Assembly (NCBI RefSeq): GCF_000143415.4
Contig: NW_003314264.1
Location: 3,233,710 to 3,297,709 of the forward strand
From: Selaginella moellendorffii
Taxonomy: Eukaryota > Plantae > Lycopodiophyta
Direction: 5' to 3'
DNA: 64,000 bases
The first letter of the stretch is position 1. Every line of letters starts with the position of its first letter. A program made the position numbers and the translations under genes. Positions 41,752-54,395 of the stretch are shown here, one piece after another. The notes under the pieces are model-generated. The model had not been told where the DNA came from, searched no databases, and saw only the letters and a list, made by a program, of their open reading frames with translations.

Positions 41752-42674
41752 CAATCGAAAGGTACTCGAGCTCTTACTTTCTCTCACTTTTCGTTGTTCT
41801 AGTTATATTTCTAGGATGATTTTCTAGGATGATTGGAGAACTTACGTGGTTTGAGTGTCCAGGCCGGGGAGTTTCTTATTGGGATCGGGGAGAGGCCGGA
41901 GAGGAGAAATCCGTAACACAGGTGGGCTGGGTCGGTTTGTAGAAACAACTGAGTAACATTTTTGGCTGTACAAGAGTGTAAAATGAGAGGACGAAAGAAA
42001 GAATTGATGTTTAATCGCCGGAAACAGCACAAAGTAGCTCTGTGTGGTTTCTTTCTAACGATCTTTGCTACTGGCTGGCCCCTCTCGCTAGATCTCTCTA
42101 AAGTTTCTACATGTTTTCTTTTCCTTGTTCATGGCAGATGATAATCAATAAACTAAGTGTTGAAAAGTTTCCCAGTTTCACTCCTATATAGTTCTAAGGT
42201 TCTCATTCGGTCAAATCTCTACGACTTATTTCACTCTCAGTGGGCGCGTAGCTTTTGACGTGTAAGCTGGAGAAAGTAATTGCCAAACAGTTACTGGCAT
42301 CAATTAACCAATCCAGACAAATGGACGCGGCATATTCGCATCATCGTCTATCTTCCTCTCCGCTGTTTGAGAGAAAAGGTTCTTGCTCGCTTTCTGGGGG
42401 TTCCTTTCACACCTTCTGTTCTTTTCATTCGCTCGGGCCTGCTTACGAGCGCTTGGGGATGGAGGACCCTCATGAGTTTGGGCTGGATGCGTGCAAGGCA
42501 AAGTCATGAGCGTGCACACTCACCATACTTGCTTATAAGATTTGCATCGACTGGAGTGAGCGCTACTCATTCCTTTGTTGCGCTGGTATTCTTGAAGTGG
42601 CCAAGCAAAGAATCCAGCGCGCGCTATTTAATCTTGTCCCCTGGAAGCAAGGAAGAGTGAATCAATCAGCAACA

Positions 42675-44612
42675 ATGAAGTGGTGTCTAGTACCTCTTTT
42701 CCTGCTCCTCTTGAGCCCCGGCACCAATGCAGCGCAGCCGAGCGGCCGGATCAAGACGATAGTCGTGCTCGTCCAGGAGAACAGGTCCTTCGATCATATG
42801 CTCGGCTGGCTCAAGAAGCTCAACCCGGAGATCGACGGGTTGACAGGGAAGGAGAGCAACCCGATGAACTTAACCGACCCAAGCTCGGGGACGGTGTTTG
42901 TCTCGGACAAGGCCGAGTTCGTGGACCCCGACCCCGGCCACTCGTTCGGAGCCATCCGAGACCAGGTGTTCGGCTTCGGAAGTACTTCGCAGAATCCAGC
43001 ACCCATGAATGGCTTCGCCCAGCAAGCGGAGATCATCCAGAAGAACTTGTCGCAGAGAGTGATGAGCTCCTTCCGGCCCGAGCTCGTCCCCGCCTACACC
43101 GCCTTGGCTATGGAGTTTGCTATATGTGATAAGTGGTTTGCGTCGGTTCCAGCTTCCACCCAGCCAAACCGGCTCTACATCCACTCCGCTACGTCCCACG
43201 GTGCTGTGAGCAACGTCAGGTCCGACCTCGTCAAAGGATTCCCGCAAAAAACGATCTTTGAGTCGATCGACCAAGACAAGCTGTCTTTCGGGATTTACTA
43301 CCAGAACATCCCGGCCACGTTGTTCTACAGGCACGTCCTCGTTGTGGCTGCTATTCCTCTGCTCGTTTGTCCTGACTTCCATCTCCTTTTAGGAACCTGA
43401 GGAGCCCCAAGTATCTCGGGAAGTTCCACAACTACGGCCTCTTCAAGACGCATGCCAAGCAAGGCAAGCTCCCAAACTACGTCGTCGTCGAGCAGCGCTA
43501 CTACGACACCAAGGCGACGCCCGCCAACGACGACCACCCCTCGCACGACGTTGCCGAGGGCCAGAAGTTCATCAAGGAGGTGTACGAGACCCTGCGCTCC
43601 AGCCCCCAGTGGAACGAGACGCTGCTGGTGATAACTTACGACGAGCACGGTGGCTTCTTCGACCACGTTTCCACGCCAATGGACAACGTTCCCAATCCAG
43701 ACGGTCTCAGGGGTGGAGACGACGATCACTTCAACTTCGACAGGCTCGGTGTCCGCGTCCCAGCGATTTTCGTCTCTCCATGGATCGACAAAGGAACAGG
43801 TGAGTTCTTCCTGTTTCCTGTCCTTGTTCTGGGGACCCGCGGTCACCGTCCACCATTACTACTCGTACCTCCAGAGCTTCTTTTTTTCTTTTCCCTTTGT
43901 CTTTACTCCGTGACTTATGCGGCGTTCCTGCTGTGACTGTCACGCTACCCTGCCTTTATTCGTGGCATTTCCCGTGCCACTGATCTGGGTAGCTGGTTTG
44001 GCAGATCTGCTTGCGAACTGAACTTCTTGATTGCCGCCCATTAGCTTACTAAGCCGTGTCGCGTGCTTGGCCTTGCAGTAATACACCGGCCAAACGGACC
44101 GACCAAGGATTCCCAGTACGAGCATTCTTCTATTCCGGCCACTGTGAAGAAGATTTTCAATCTCACGCAACCTTTCCTGACGAAGAGAGACGCTTGGGCG
44201 GGGACCTTTGAGACTGTCTTGTCTTCCACGCGGACCACACCTCGAACGGACTGTCCTGGTAAAGTTTTGAGTTCCTTCTTGTCCGACCTCTGTCTGATCG
44301 ATCCTGTAATCTCCAGTGACGCTGCCGAGTTCACCCTGGTCACTCCGGCATTCTCCTCCAAACGAAGAAGGGCGGCTAACGGAGTTCCAAGTGGAAATGG
44401 TGGGACTCGCATCGCAGCTTAATGGTGACTACGGAAAAAGTGGCTATCCAAATCTTGGTGCGTCGATGACAGTCAAATACGCGTCGGACTATGTGGATCG
44501 CGCCGTGGAAGGAATCATGAGAGCTGGAAAGGTCGCACTTCAAAGTGGCGAGGATCCGAACGCATTGATAGAAGTGCTTCCCACCTCAGAATCTCGGAAA
44601 ACTGGAACTTAA
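42675..44612 (+). CDS. NPC: Non-specific phospholipase C with signal peptide (NPC1/2/6-like), 4 exons, first intron GC-AG
   Basis: [80 protein letters not shown]. Confidence 0.95.
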
Positions 44613-44696
44613 AATTTTAGATTTGACTGAAGCAATATCGGAGATTTGCCTGTCGGTAAGAAAAAAATTCATCATAGAATACAAAGATATTCAAAC

Positions 44697-45926
44697 TTAC
44701 GACTTACCTCGATCTAAAATCGAAGCTAAACCAGGTGGTGCTTGCGGGGGCGCCTTCTCCTTCTCTTTCGAGAGAACCCGGACAACAGTGTCGTGTCGGA
44801 TTTCCAAAACTTCAGGAGCAGTGTTGGCGCAGCCACTCGACATTCCCACGTCAACTCGAAACACCTGGTTCTGACAAGCCGAGTTGATCCCGAAAGGAGC
44901 CTGGATCGTATGCCCGACTACCATTCTACTCGCCCCTGATATCCCCGTGAGAACCTCGTCTAGGAGCTTGCAGTCACACAAACTCTCCACTGGAATGGAG
45001 TACTGTCTAGCCCACACCACAGCGTCCTTCCCTCGTAAGTAGCCTGGAGCTTGCCGGCCTTTCCGTCCTTGAATCCAATCCCTCACCTCGGCATTTATCT
45101 TCTCCAGTCCGTAGTCGAGGTGGGATGGTAGAATTCCTCCGTGAGCAAAAACGGTGCTTCCAACGATGAGTATAGTCGGGTGGTGAGCCAAGAAACGCGA
45201 AGAGATCGGGCCACCCGGTCGTAGAGCAGCATATCTAGCACGGACTCCATCGGGGATGCTCTTCCTCACGTTTCTAAACGCGTCGGGTTGACGTCCCAAT
45301 CCATGGCAGCGTTCCTTGAGAGCCTGGCCACGCCTATACCACTGAGCCCATGCCGAGAACTCGTCCAGTGCCTCTTTGGTGGCGTAGCGAAAGTCCCCCT
45401 CGATGTTCATCACCTCGTGGTTGCCATTCATGATGTGGAGATCGCCGCCGTGCCGCTGGGCCTCTCCTTTTAGTCTCTCCAGCAAGTAGAGCACCTTGAG
45501 CTCCTGGCCGCCTCGATCCAGCACGTCCCCTACCTGGACCACCACTGTTTTTCCCCCGATCCATCGATCATCCTCGTCCACGACGCCGGCGATGCGAAGC
45601 GATTCCCGGGTTTTGGCCAAGTCGCCGTGAATGTCCCCTATTGCGACTAACCTCTCCACTGCTGGGATTCTCGTGACGATGCCCATGCCGCTGTCGCCGC
45701 CGTGATTCCTAGCCTCGCCTCCCGCTCCAGCCGCTGGATGGAAAGAATTTGCGCTCGATTGAGCGTGCTTGCTGAGAATTTGCCCTCCAACTATGAAATC
45801 TACGAATGAATCCACGAATGAAGAAACGGCATTGGAGACCTGGCCACAGAATTTGTCATCGCTGCTTGTGTCCGAGCGGCCAGGAGGAGGAGGAGGCGGC
45901 GCCGGCGCCTCCGCGAATGCCGGCAT
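44697..45926 (-). CDS. SLP2: Shewanella-like PPP phosphatase 2, intronless
   Basis: GDIHG, GDVLDRG, GNHE, HGG, VVGHT, RVDVGMS; N-terminal SSFVDSFVDF segment and lack of introns fit SLP2. Confidence 0.88.
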   Translation of the reverse strand: MPAFAEAPAPPPPPPGRSDTSSDDKFCGQVSNAVSSFVDSFVDFIVGGQILSKHAQSSANSFHPAAGAGGEARNHGGDSGMGIVTRIPAVERLVAIGDIHGDLAKTRESLRIAGVVDEDDRWIGGKTVVVQVGDVLDRGGQELKVLYLLERLKGEAQRHGGDLHIMNGNHEVMNIEGDFRYATKEALDEFSAWAQWYRRGQALKERCHGLGRQPDAFRNVRKSIPDGVRARYAALRPGGPISSRFLAHHPTILIVGSTVFAHGGILPSHLDYGLEKINAEVRDWIQGRKGRQAPGYLRGKDAVVWARQYSIPVESLCDCKLLDEVLTGISGASRMVVGHTIQAPFGINSACQNQVFRVDVGMSSGCANTAPEVLEIRHDTVVRVLSKEKEKAPPQAPPGLASILDRGKS

Positions 45927-46159
45927 CTTACCGCCAAGATACCTAAGACAAAGAACCCTAAATTTTGAACCAGGCTAGGGCTTGTGGGATTGTCGTGCTC
46001 CTTGAGCAGGGCGGGTGCGGGCAGATCGATTCAGTAGCGCATTGCCGGTCGTCGAGATTTTGATTTTGCGATCTAGGCCGTCGCCAAGCTGAGGAGCTCA
46101 TCTGGCGTGCTGCCACGCTGCGCTTCGCAAATGAAGCAAACGATCAAAACGAAGAAGGG

Positions 46160-47510
46160 GTGAAACAATGTGGAGAAAAAGGAGATCTGAAGTTCCAAAT
46201 GGAAAGCCTCTGTCCAAGAATGCACAGAAGAGGGGAGAGGAAGAAGGAGCACAAGGAGAAAAAATCGCAGGAACCGCGGAAGCTGCAATTCATAGGAGCA
46301 AGGAAGCCAGCCGCGCCCGTGCCGATGAAAACAAAAACTCAACAAGGCTGTCGAGGCTGGCCAGAACCTGGTGATCGATTACCAGTTAAGCGACCAGATG
46401 ACCGGCCAACAAGTAGGTTCTCTCATCTCTTTTCTTCGTCTAAGCATCTTTTCTTTCTTCCAGATCATGTATCGAGAAGGTACCCGGCTATCAAAACTGG
46501 AATCTACACACCTACATGGAAGTTTTCGCGACTAGTACGCAGGATCTGGTCTATCTCACGGCAGACTCGGCGGAGAGACTCAAAGGTAAGTCTCCTAGGG
46601 TTTTGATGTAGACGAATCCGGAATCACTATTTGTGCTACAGGTATCGAGTACAGACGCTGGGGCGAAGGCAAAGAATCTTTTTGTCGTGACATGTGTTTG
46701 ACTGGCCTTGACTGTAGGTTAGTGACAACCAAAGATCTTTCCACTCTGAGCACTACTCGAGTGGAATAGAATGCGAGTTGAGCAAGACGACCGCATAGCT
46801 GCCTCGGCCGAATTCCCTCGAGGAGGCGTTTGATCCGTGGAGTACGATGGCAACGCCATGACTCAAAGGCCGGAGATCTTTCTCTCCGCAGAGCGATACA
46901 TATCGATCCATTTCCTCCCAAGTCTCGCTCGCAGAAGTCCAGTGCATGAGGGGAACATTCCTCAAAGCATAGCTGCAACGAGGCAGAGACCGGTGGGGCC
47001 TTGCGCTGTGGGTCGCACTGTGGCGATGCGGCCGTCGACAAGATCGGCCATAACTGCGATGTGGATCGCGGATGGACAGCGGTCCGGAAGAAGGTTTCTT
47101 GGGCGAAGATCGTATTGTGCGGCCACAAGCACGCTCGGCATCTCCAAGTACGCGCCTCTACTCAACCTCGTGCCTTTAATGGAGAAGGCAAGTTCTTTCG
47201 TCAAGCTTGTCAAGGCGGAAGAGATGCATGGGAGCTCCAAGGCAAAACAAGCGGTGGGATCCAGTTGCCACAGCGGGAATCTTTGCAGGGGAGAGAGCCG
47301 CAGTCAGGTCTCAAGAAGGGTATTGGATTGCTATGAAGTTGGGATGATCGATCCGATCATTCATTTGTTGTGATTGAGTACTTGTCGTCACAAGGGAGAA
47401 CCATGCACGTGCCTTCTCTTTTTCGATGCATGTCAAATACCTCCTCACCGCACCAGGCTCAAATGAAGTGGAGGAAGGGAGCCAAGGAGCTTTATGGATG
47501 ATCATATAGC
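46160..47510 (+). pseudogene. GC-balanced, frameshifted coding-like remnant of uncertain identity
   Basis: Gene-like composition with only short interrupted ORFs; KPLSKNAQK...ERKKEHKEKK weakly resembles the plant TRM10 N-terminus. Confidence 0.25.
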
Positions 47511-47659
47511 TCAAAGGAAAGCACTCATACCACCCAAATTCGTGAGCTATCTCAACTCAAGCCAAATACTACCATGCATGGTATAATTTCTTTCAAAAGA
47601 TTTGGATGAGGCTTTTCAGATTTTTCTACATTTTGTATTAGATGTGACTGACATGCTCA

Positions 47660-48620
47660 AGGGTTTTAATAATTAAGTTTGAAAATAGTTTTATTGTCAA
47701 GGTTCCTAATCAATAACAGAAAGACACATTATTTAGAAGACACATTATTACCTATTGAAAGTTCTTTTTATGATTTGGCAAGAATGAACTTCTCTTTATG
47801 ATTTGGCAAGAATGAACTTCTCTGTCTTAGAACTTTTTCAGTTTTTAATGTACAAACTCTTTATATCAATAATAATTACCTAATAGTGGATCTTTTTCAT
47901 TTTGACCAAATATTACTAGCCTCAAAACGATTATTAACCTTCAAATTTTAATGTTTTTGCCTCTTTAGTTATATTTTTTAATAACTTATTCAATAATTTT
48001 AATTACATTATTCAATAAATTTAGTTAACTAAAATGGATTACTTTTCATGGATAATATTTTTAATACCACCTTTGCCTTTTTCCTAAAATTATTAAATTA
48101 AATACTAATTTTTTTAAAAATATTTTTATATTTTGGATTGAATGTAATTAATGTGCATAAGGATTTTAATGTTTACATTGAAAATAGATTTATTATCAAA
48201 GGTTATTAATTAGTAATACAAGTATTTAAATGATACACTATTATGGACAATATGTTCATCTTATAGTTTGGCAAAAAATATCTTCTTATTTGACATGTGT
48301 AATAACTCTTTATTTTACAATTTATTCATTTATTAATATTATAAATTTTTTATATCAACATTGTTTAATCAATACTAGAGTATATTTTTTTATTTTTTCA
48401 TACTGAGACTAACAAACTACTAACTTTAAAATTCAAGTTGCATACTCATTTTTAAATATTTTAGCTACATGCTGTTTTAATTTATTTTACCTTTTTTGTT
48501 ATATTATTTAATAGCTTTAGTTATATTGTTCAATAGTTTGAATTACATTATTTAATAAAGTTAGCTACATTATTATGCACTAAATGGATTCTTTTCATAA
48601 ATAATATCTTTAATACCATC
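47660..48620. repeat. AT-rich diverged tandem duplication (units about 47660-48070 and 48160-48620)
   Basis: Shared starts ttttaat...tgaaaatag...ttatt and ends aattacattatt...aaatggatt...taataccac/tc; also an exact short direct repeat at about 47768-47823. Confidence 0.65.
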
Positions 48621-51600
48621 TTCAACACTTTGTTATGTTATTTATAGCTAGAAGAGATCATAAAATGTGAAATCCTCAATCAAGAAAAAAATTCAAGATC
48701 ACAAAGTTAACTAAATCTCATGATAATTAATAAAATACCAGCAATAGCTTTAAAAAACTAAAAATATAATTGAAAATTATATTTATTATACATTTAAACA
48801 ACAATAAATGAAAATAGAAAATGCCTATGTGAGTGCATGGAATATGGAAAGGGAATACAGAAATGTGCATATCAATTAGCCCAAAAACCCTAGCTTATAT
48901 ACAGGAGCGAGTGGTCCGGATTGAAACCAATCCGACAGCTACCAAAATCCACTACGCTAATATTAGTATACGGCATCGTAACCGTACACTTGGCCCTCAC
49001 ATCATCCCCTCCTCTCGGAATAATGGAAGGCCGTCAGGGTTCTCTTGTAGATGGGCCGGGATCTGAAGGAACGTCAGGAGGAGGCATCGGCAGATCTGTA
49101 GACGGTATTAACTGCTCCTAATCCCTTTGTATGAAGCGTTTTAACCGCTGCACATGCACAATCTCCGGAGGATCGGCCTGCTGAACGTCATGCCGAACCT
49201 CATAAACTTGCGGTCCAACTTGCCACAACATCCGATAGGGTCCTTTCCACTGCGCAAGGAGCCCCTTAGATAGACCACGTACCGTAAGATGGGGAAAACG
49301 GACTAACACCAAATCATCCACTTTGTACTCCGCAGGTGGACGATGATGGGAGTTGTAGCGCCGTTGTTGTCCCACTTGTACGCGGCCTAAGTGTTCGGCA
49401 GACTCTGCTCGGACAAGTGGAAGAATGCTTGTCAAATACTGATCCCATGACCTAGCATCAGGAGCTCGTGGCCATCGCGAAGGTAAACCTAACTCTGTTG
49501 GTAATATTGGATCATGACCATATAGAAGTTTATATGGTGAAGCACCAACAGAACTCTACACCCCTGTGACATAGGCATACCGAAGAAATGGCAAATAACC
49601 ATCCCAATCCAAATGCTGAAAGTTCACATACTTCGAAATCATCCCTTTGAATGTCCGAACGAGCCGTTCCACCAGACCGTCTGATTGTGGATGATAAGCA
49701 CTCGTAAAAGTGTGGCGTATCCCCAACCGAGATGTCAAAACATGAAATACCTCAGCCATAAATGCAGGACCATTATCCGAAAGAATCCGCTCTGGACAAG
49801 AATGCTGGAACACCACTCGATTGAGGAGGAAGTATTCAATAGCAGTTGCAGAGGCACTAGCAAGAGCACCAACTTCCACCCAACGAGTCAAGTAGTCAGA
49901 AGCAATAATAACATACTCATTGCCAGCAGTCGATCGTGGAAAAGGTCCCATAAGATCAAACGCCACCAACTCAAACGGACGGGAAACTGCAATTGACTCC
50001 AACCGTCCTTCCGCAGCACAAGGGGGAGTATTACGAGCTTGGCACCAAACGCAGCTACGCACATACCGGATAATATCATGTCGCATCTCCGGCCAATAGA
50101 AAGACCTGCGCAACTTCTCGGTGACACGACGGTGTCCCATATGCCCACCTAGAACAGGAGAATCATGGTAGGCATGGAGAAACCGCGGAATAAACACCGA
50201 AGGTACCACCAATCATAAATGATCATCAGGATCCGTCCCCACAAAATAAAGAAGGCCATCTTCCAGGCGATATTGAGAATGTAAATGCCGGAAAGGCAAA
50301 TCATCAGCAAGTGATGCAGGATTCTCAAACCCATCTCGAAGCCTTCGAATCCACGGCTCAATCTTTTGAGCCTCGCGAACCTCCTCAAGAGAAGGCAGAT
50401 CTTGCTCTGCACCCTGTGGACACTGAACGTCAAGGACAGCAACCGCCGACGGCACAGAATCCTCATCTAGAAAATCCACAGATGCTGGAACAACAGGTTC
50501 GTCAGAATGATGAGAAGTGAGTGAAGAAGGAAGAGGAGCTCGAGAAAGGGCATCAGCATCAGCCATAGAACTCCTTGGGCGATGAACAACATCGAAATCA
50601 TATATCTTAAGCTTCAAAGCCCATCGAGCCGTACGACCAACTAGGTTCTTCCGCTTCAATAATGAAGTAACAGCAGCATGGTCACCTTCAAGTAACATCT
50701 GAGAACCATGTAGATATGCATGAAGTTTCTCAAAACCCCAGACTGCTGCTAAACACTCTTTCTCCGTCGTGGAGTAGTTCATCTCCGCTGGTTGTAATGT
50801 ACGGCTTATGTATGCAATGGGATGGCGCTGACCAGGCACACTCGAGCTCTCTTGCATCAACACACCTCCAAGACCAATGTCAGAAGCATCCACACGCAAA
50901 ATAAAAGGTCGAGTGTAGTCAGGATATGCCAAAACCGGAGGAGTTGTCAATAGCTCTTTGAGATCCACGAACGCCCGCTCACAATCCGAAGACCAGATGA
51001 AAGATGACGTTGATGACTTCAGCAACGCTCGCAATGGTGTAGTGCGATCAGAAAGATGATCCACAAAACGACCAAGATACTGCACCTTACCCAAAAAGCG
51101 TTGCACATCATTCACACACTTCGGAGTAGGGAGTTTGTCAGGATCAACTTGCAAACCCTCACGAGAAATACGGTACCCAAGATAAGTTGTGTCCTTGGAC
51201 CCAAACACGCACTTCGACCGCTTCAGCTTTAAACCAACGTCGCGTAGCCGATCCAACACTTTACAAATATCACGAACGTGCTCCTCCCACGTCCCCTCCG
51301 AGTGGATCAAGACATCATCAATGAAGTCAGCAGTCACCTCCGGCATATCGCAAAGAACCTCGTCCATCATCCGCTGGAAAGTTACTGGAGCATTGTTCAA
51401 ACCAAACGGCATCACCAAGAACTCGTACAAACCAAATGGTGTACGAAAAGCAGTCTTAGGAATATCTTCTTCGGCCATTGGTACTTGCCAATACCCAGAA
51501 GCAAGATCTAGCTTGGTGAACCAACGACTTCACCCTAGACGATCCAAGAGATCAGCAGTGTGAGGAAGAGGATACACATCTGGGATCGTCACTTCGTTTA

Positions 51601-52442
51601 ACGGACGATAGTCGATGCAGAAACGAATACTCCCATCAGGCTTCGTCACAAGATGAGGTTCACATGCCCAAGGACTCCGCGACTTCCGAATAACACCCTT
51701 TTCCAGCATTTCCTTGACGTTTGCTCGTAAAATTTTGATCTCCTTAGGTGACCGACGATGAACAGGAACCTTGATTGGACGAGCATCCCTGGTGGGAATT
51801 GGATGACGTGTGGCAATCTTGGCCCCAGACGATAGGTCAAATTCAAAGAGATCAGAATACTCTTTCATGAGCCGGTCAACTGCTGCAACACAAAGATCGT
51901 CGGAGGGATCGGAAAAGGGAAAAGCAGAACAAGATGGAAACACAGAAGGAAAGAGTGGGGAAACAAAAGTAATGGAAGCAAAGGTAGAAGTAGAGGGACG
52001 AAGAGGTATGGAAGTGAGAGGAATAGATGAAACATAAGGAAGTATGAGACAAGGGGGAGAAGCCTCAAAGTCACACTTGGCATAATTGCGCTGCAACCAA
52101 TCCATACCAAGAATGAGGTCAAAAGCTTGACTCGGCACCACCCGCAACGACTGCAACTCAAGCTCGAGATTGCCCACACGCACAACCAGGTCCACCTCAT
52201 CCCGTGCACATGCATGTGTACGGCCGTTGCCATAAAGAATGAAAACTGGTTCTGCCGCACGACGCAAGTGTAGACGACAACGTGTGGCAACAGGTCGAGC
52301 AATAGAAGATAAACTCGAACCTGTATCAACCAACACGGAGAGAATAATAGGAGACTTCTTATTATAAAAACGAGCTTGGAAAGTAAACACTGGATGAACT
52401 GGTGCCGAGTGAACCCCTTGATGATACTCCCGAAAGAAAGAT

Positions 52443-52504
52443 GGAGGGGTCACTGATTTATTCGCGCAAGGTCCCTCCGTTACTCGTGCGACTCCTCGTT
52501 TCCC
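52443..52504 (-). promoter_or_regulatory. -1 programmed ribosomal frameshift cassette (G GGA AAC plus H-type pseudoknot) between gag and pol
   Basis: Heptamer in gag frame (CAG GGA AAC), pol in the -1 frame, 6-nt spacer, stem1 TCGCACGAG/CTTGCGCGA, stem2 GGAGGG/CCCTCC. Confidence 0.85.
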
Positions 52505-53634
52505 TGATGCATCTCGGTGTCCAGACCTTCCACTGCAGCAGCACCCAGGGGACATTGCTGACGCCAAGGTCTCCACCCAGGAAATGGAGGTCGCCAATCT
52601 GGAAAACGACGACAACGCCGATAAGTATGACCAACTTCATCACACGCCCAGCAGCGAACATCATGGCCATGACCATGTCCTCGCGCTTGTCCTTGGACTC
52701 GAGCAGTAGCAGCATCCACCTCCATTGGAACAGGACCATCACCCATAGGAAGTGGAGCGGAAGGACGTGCAGCGAGAAGTGGAAGAAGCGACGTCTCATA
52801 ACGTTGTGCCAAGTGAAGAGCATTGTCAAGGGTGGCAGGAGCAAGTGCATGCACAAGGTTGACAAGATCTTGACGAAGTGTTGGCCACAACATTCCTAGC
52901 TTGATCCGCTTCGACATATTTGGCTCCGCACGAAGCAAAAGACTTCGGAAACGAACACCAAATTGCATCACCGACTCCGATGGCCCTTGGCGAAGACGAT
53001 GCAATTGTTGGAAAGCATCATCACAATCATCGGCATGTCCGAAGGCGCGTTTGAAGACGTTCGGGAGAACACTCCAATCCCCACGAGTAGCTGCGGTCAA
53101 ACCATTGTACCACTGCAATGCCGTCCCTTGGAGACACGTGGGAAACTTATGCAACCGTCGAGCATCATCTCAAGAATGATATGTGGCAACCACCGTAAAG
53201 TGATTGAACCAATGGTACACATCATCCCCAAGATTCCCGCGAAAGAACTCCGGCCGAACGCGAGGATTGGCACCAAGAGCAGGAGGAGTTGTACCACGTG
53301 CCGTGAACGCCGCCATCAACTGAGTTTGGTTGTTCAATTGCAAGCGCATAGCATCAAGCAATTGAACCAACTACTGCTCTAGAGTCAAAGGAGGAGATTG
53401 CGGATCGGCCATGAAGATGAACGAAAAAGAAAGAGCAAAAGAAGAGAAATGACAAAAAAGCTGGAAAGAAATGGTAGATCTAGACAATGCAAAAAGCTAG
53501 ATCGAAACCAAAATCCTGAAAGGAAAGAACAAAAGAAAGGAAATGGAAAAAGTTAGATCTAGACGATGCAAAAGCTAGATCTAAACCAAAATCCCAAATC
53601 CAAGCACTCCCCAGGGACAATCAAAGGTGCCCCT

Positions 53635-53645
53635 CATCTCCACCA
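53635..53645 (-). other. Primer-binding site complementary to the tRNA-Ala 3' end
   Basis: TGGTGGAGATG 1 nt inside the 5' LTR end; copy A2 has TGGTGGAGGTG at 54824. Confidence 0.75.
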
Positions 53646-54395
53646 ATGTGAGTGCATAGAATATGGAAAGGGAATACAGAAATGTTCATATCAATTAGCC
53701 CAAAAACCCTAGCTTATATACAGGAGCGAGTGGTCCGGATTGAAACCAATCCGACGGCTACCAAAATCCACTACACTAATATTAGTATACGGCATCGTAA
53801 CCGTACACTTGGCCCTCACACCTAAAGAAATAGTAATAATATTTTGTATAAAAATTTCTTCATACAAATAAGTAAACATGAAATAATTAAAATAGTATAT
53901 TAATTATTTAAAATAGAATTTTATTTGATATTTAATATTTTCACAACTTACTTAATTAGAAATACACACTCAATATAGATATATATGTGTGTATATATGT
54001 GTGAAAAATCTTTTAAAAGTATAAATAATTATATACTTTTTAAAAAAATTTATAGTTTGGATGGATATACCATAAATGAATACTTAATATGTATCTAGAT
54101 TATTTTTAAATTTAATATCATTAAAGTAATTTTAATTTTAATCAAATTAAGATTGTAAATTGACATATGGTTACCTTCTCCATATTTTAATACAAGAAAC
54201 TTTTACATAAACAGGATTATAATATTTAATAAATTATAATCTATCTCTATTATACATTGAACTGTCACTTACTTTATCTATATATAATACAGCTAATTAT
54301 AGGGCTTTTTCATTACATCTTTTAACCTAATGCTTCTAACTTCAACAGTCTATTAAATTAACTTTTAGATTTTTAGTTTGTTTAATCAAAACCTG

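Larger units (their letters stand above)
48828..53820 (-). mobile_element. Full-length Ty3/Gypsy (family A, copy A1; no chromodomain); pol and gag carry in-frame stops
   Basis: 174-bp TG..CA LTRs 48828-49001 and 53647-53820 (4 mismatches); TSD CCTA; PBS TGGTGGAGATG; PPT GAGAGGAGGGGATGA; gag, protease VDTGS, RT FIDD, RNaseH DAS, integrase H2C2/DDE/GPY in Gypsy order. Confidence 0.97.

Noticed and set aside
41752-41960. Possible extra coding exon of the PCF11-like gene after donor AAG|GTAC at 41762
   Set aside because: The ORF already stops at 41751; more likely a 3' UTR intron, too close to the stop to suggest NMD.
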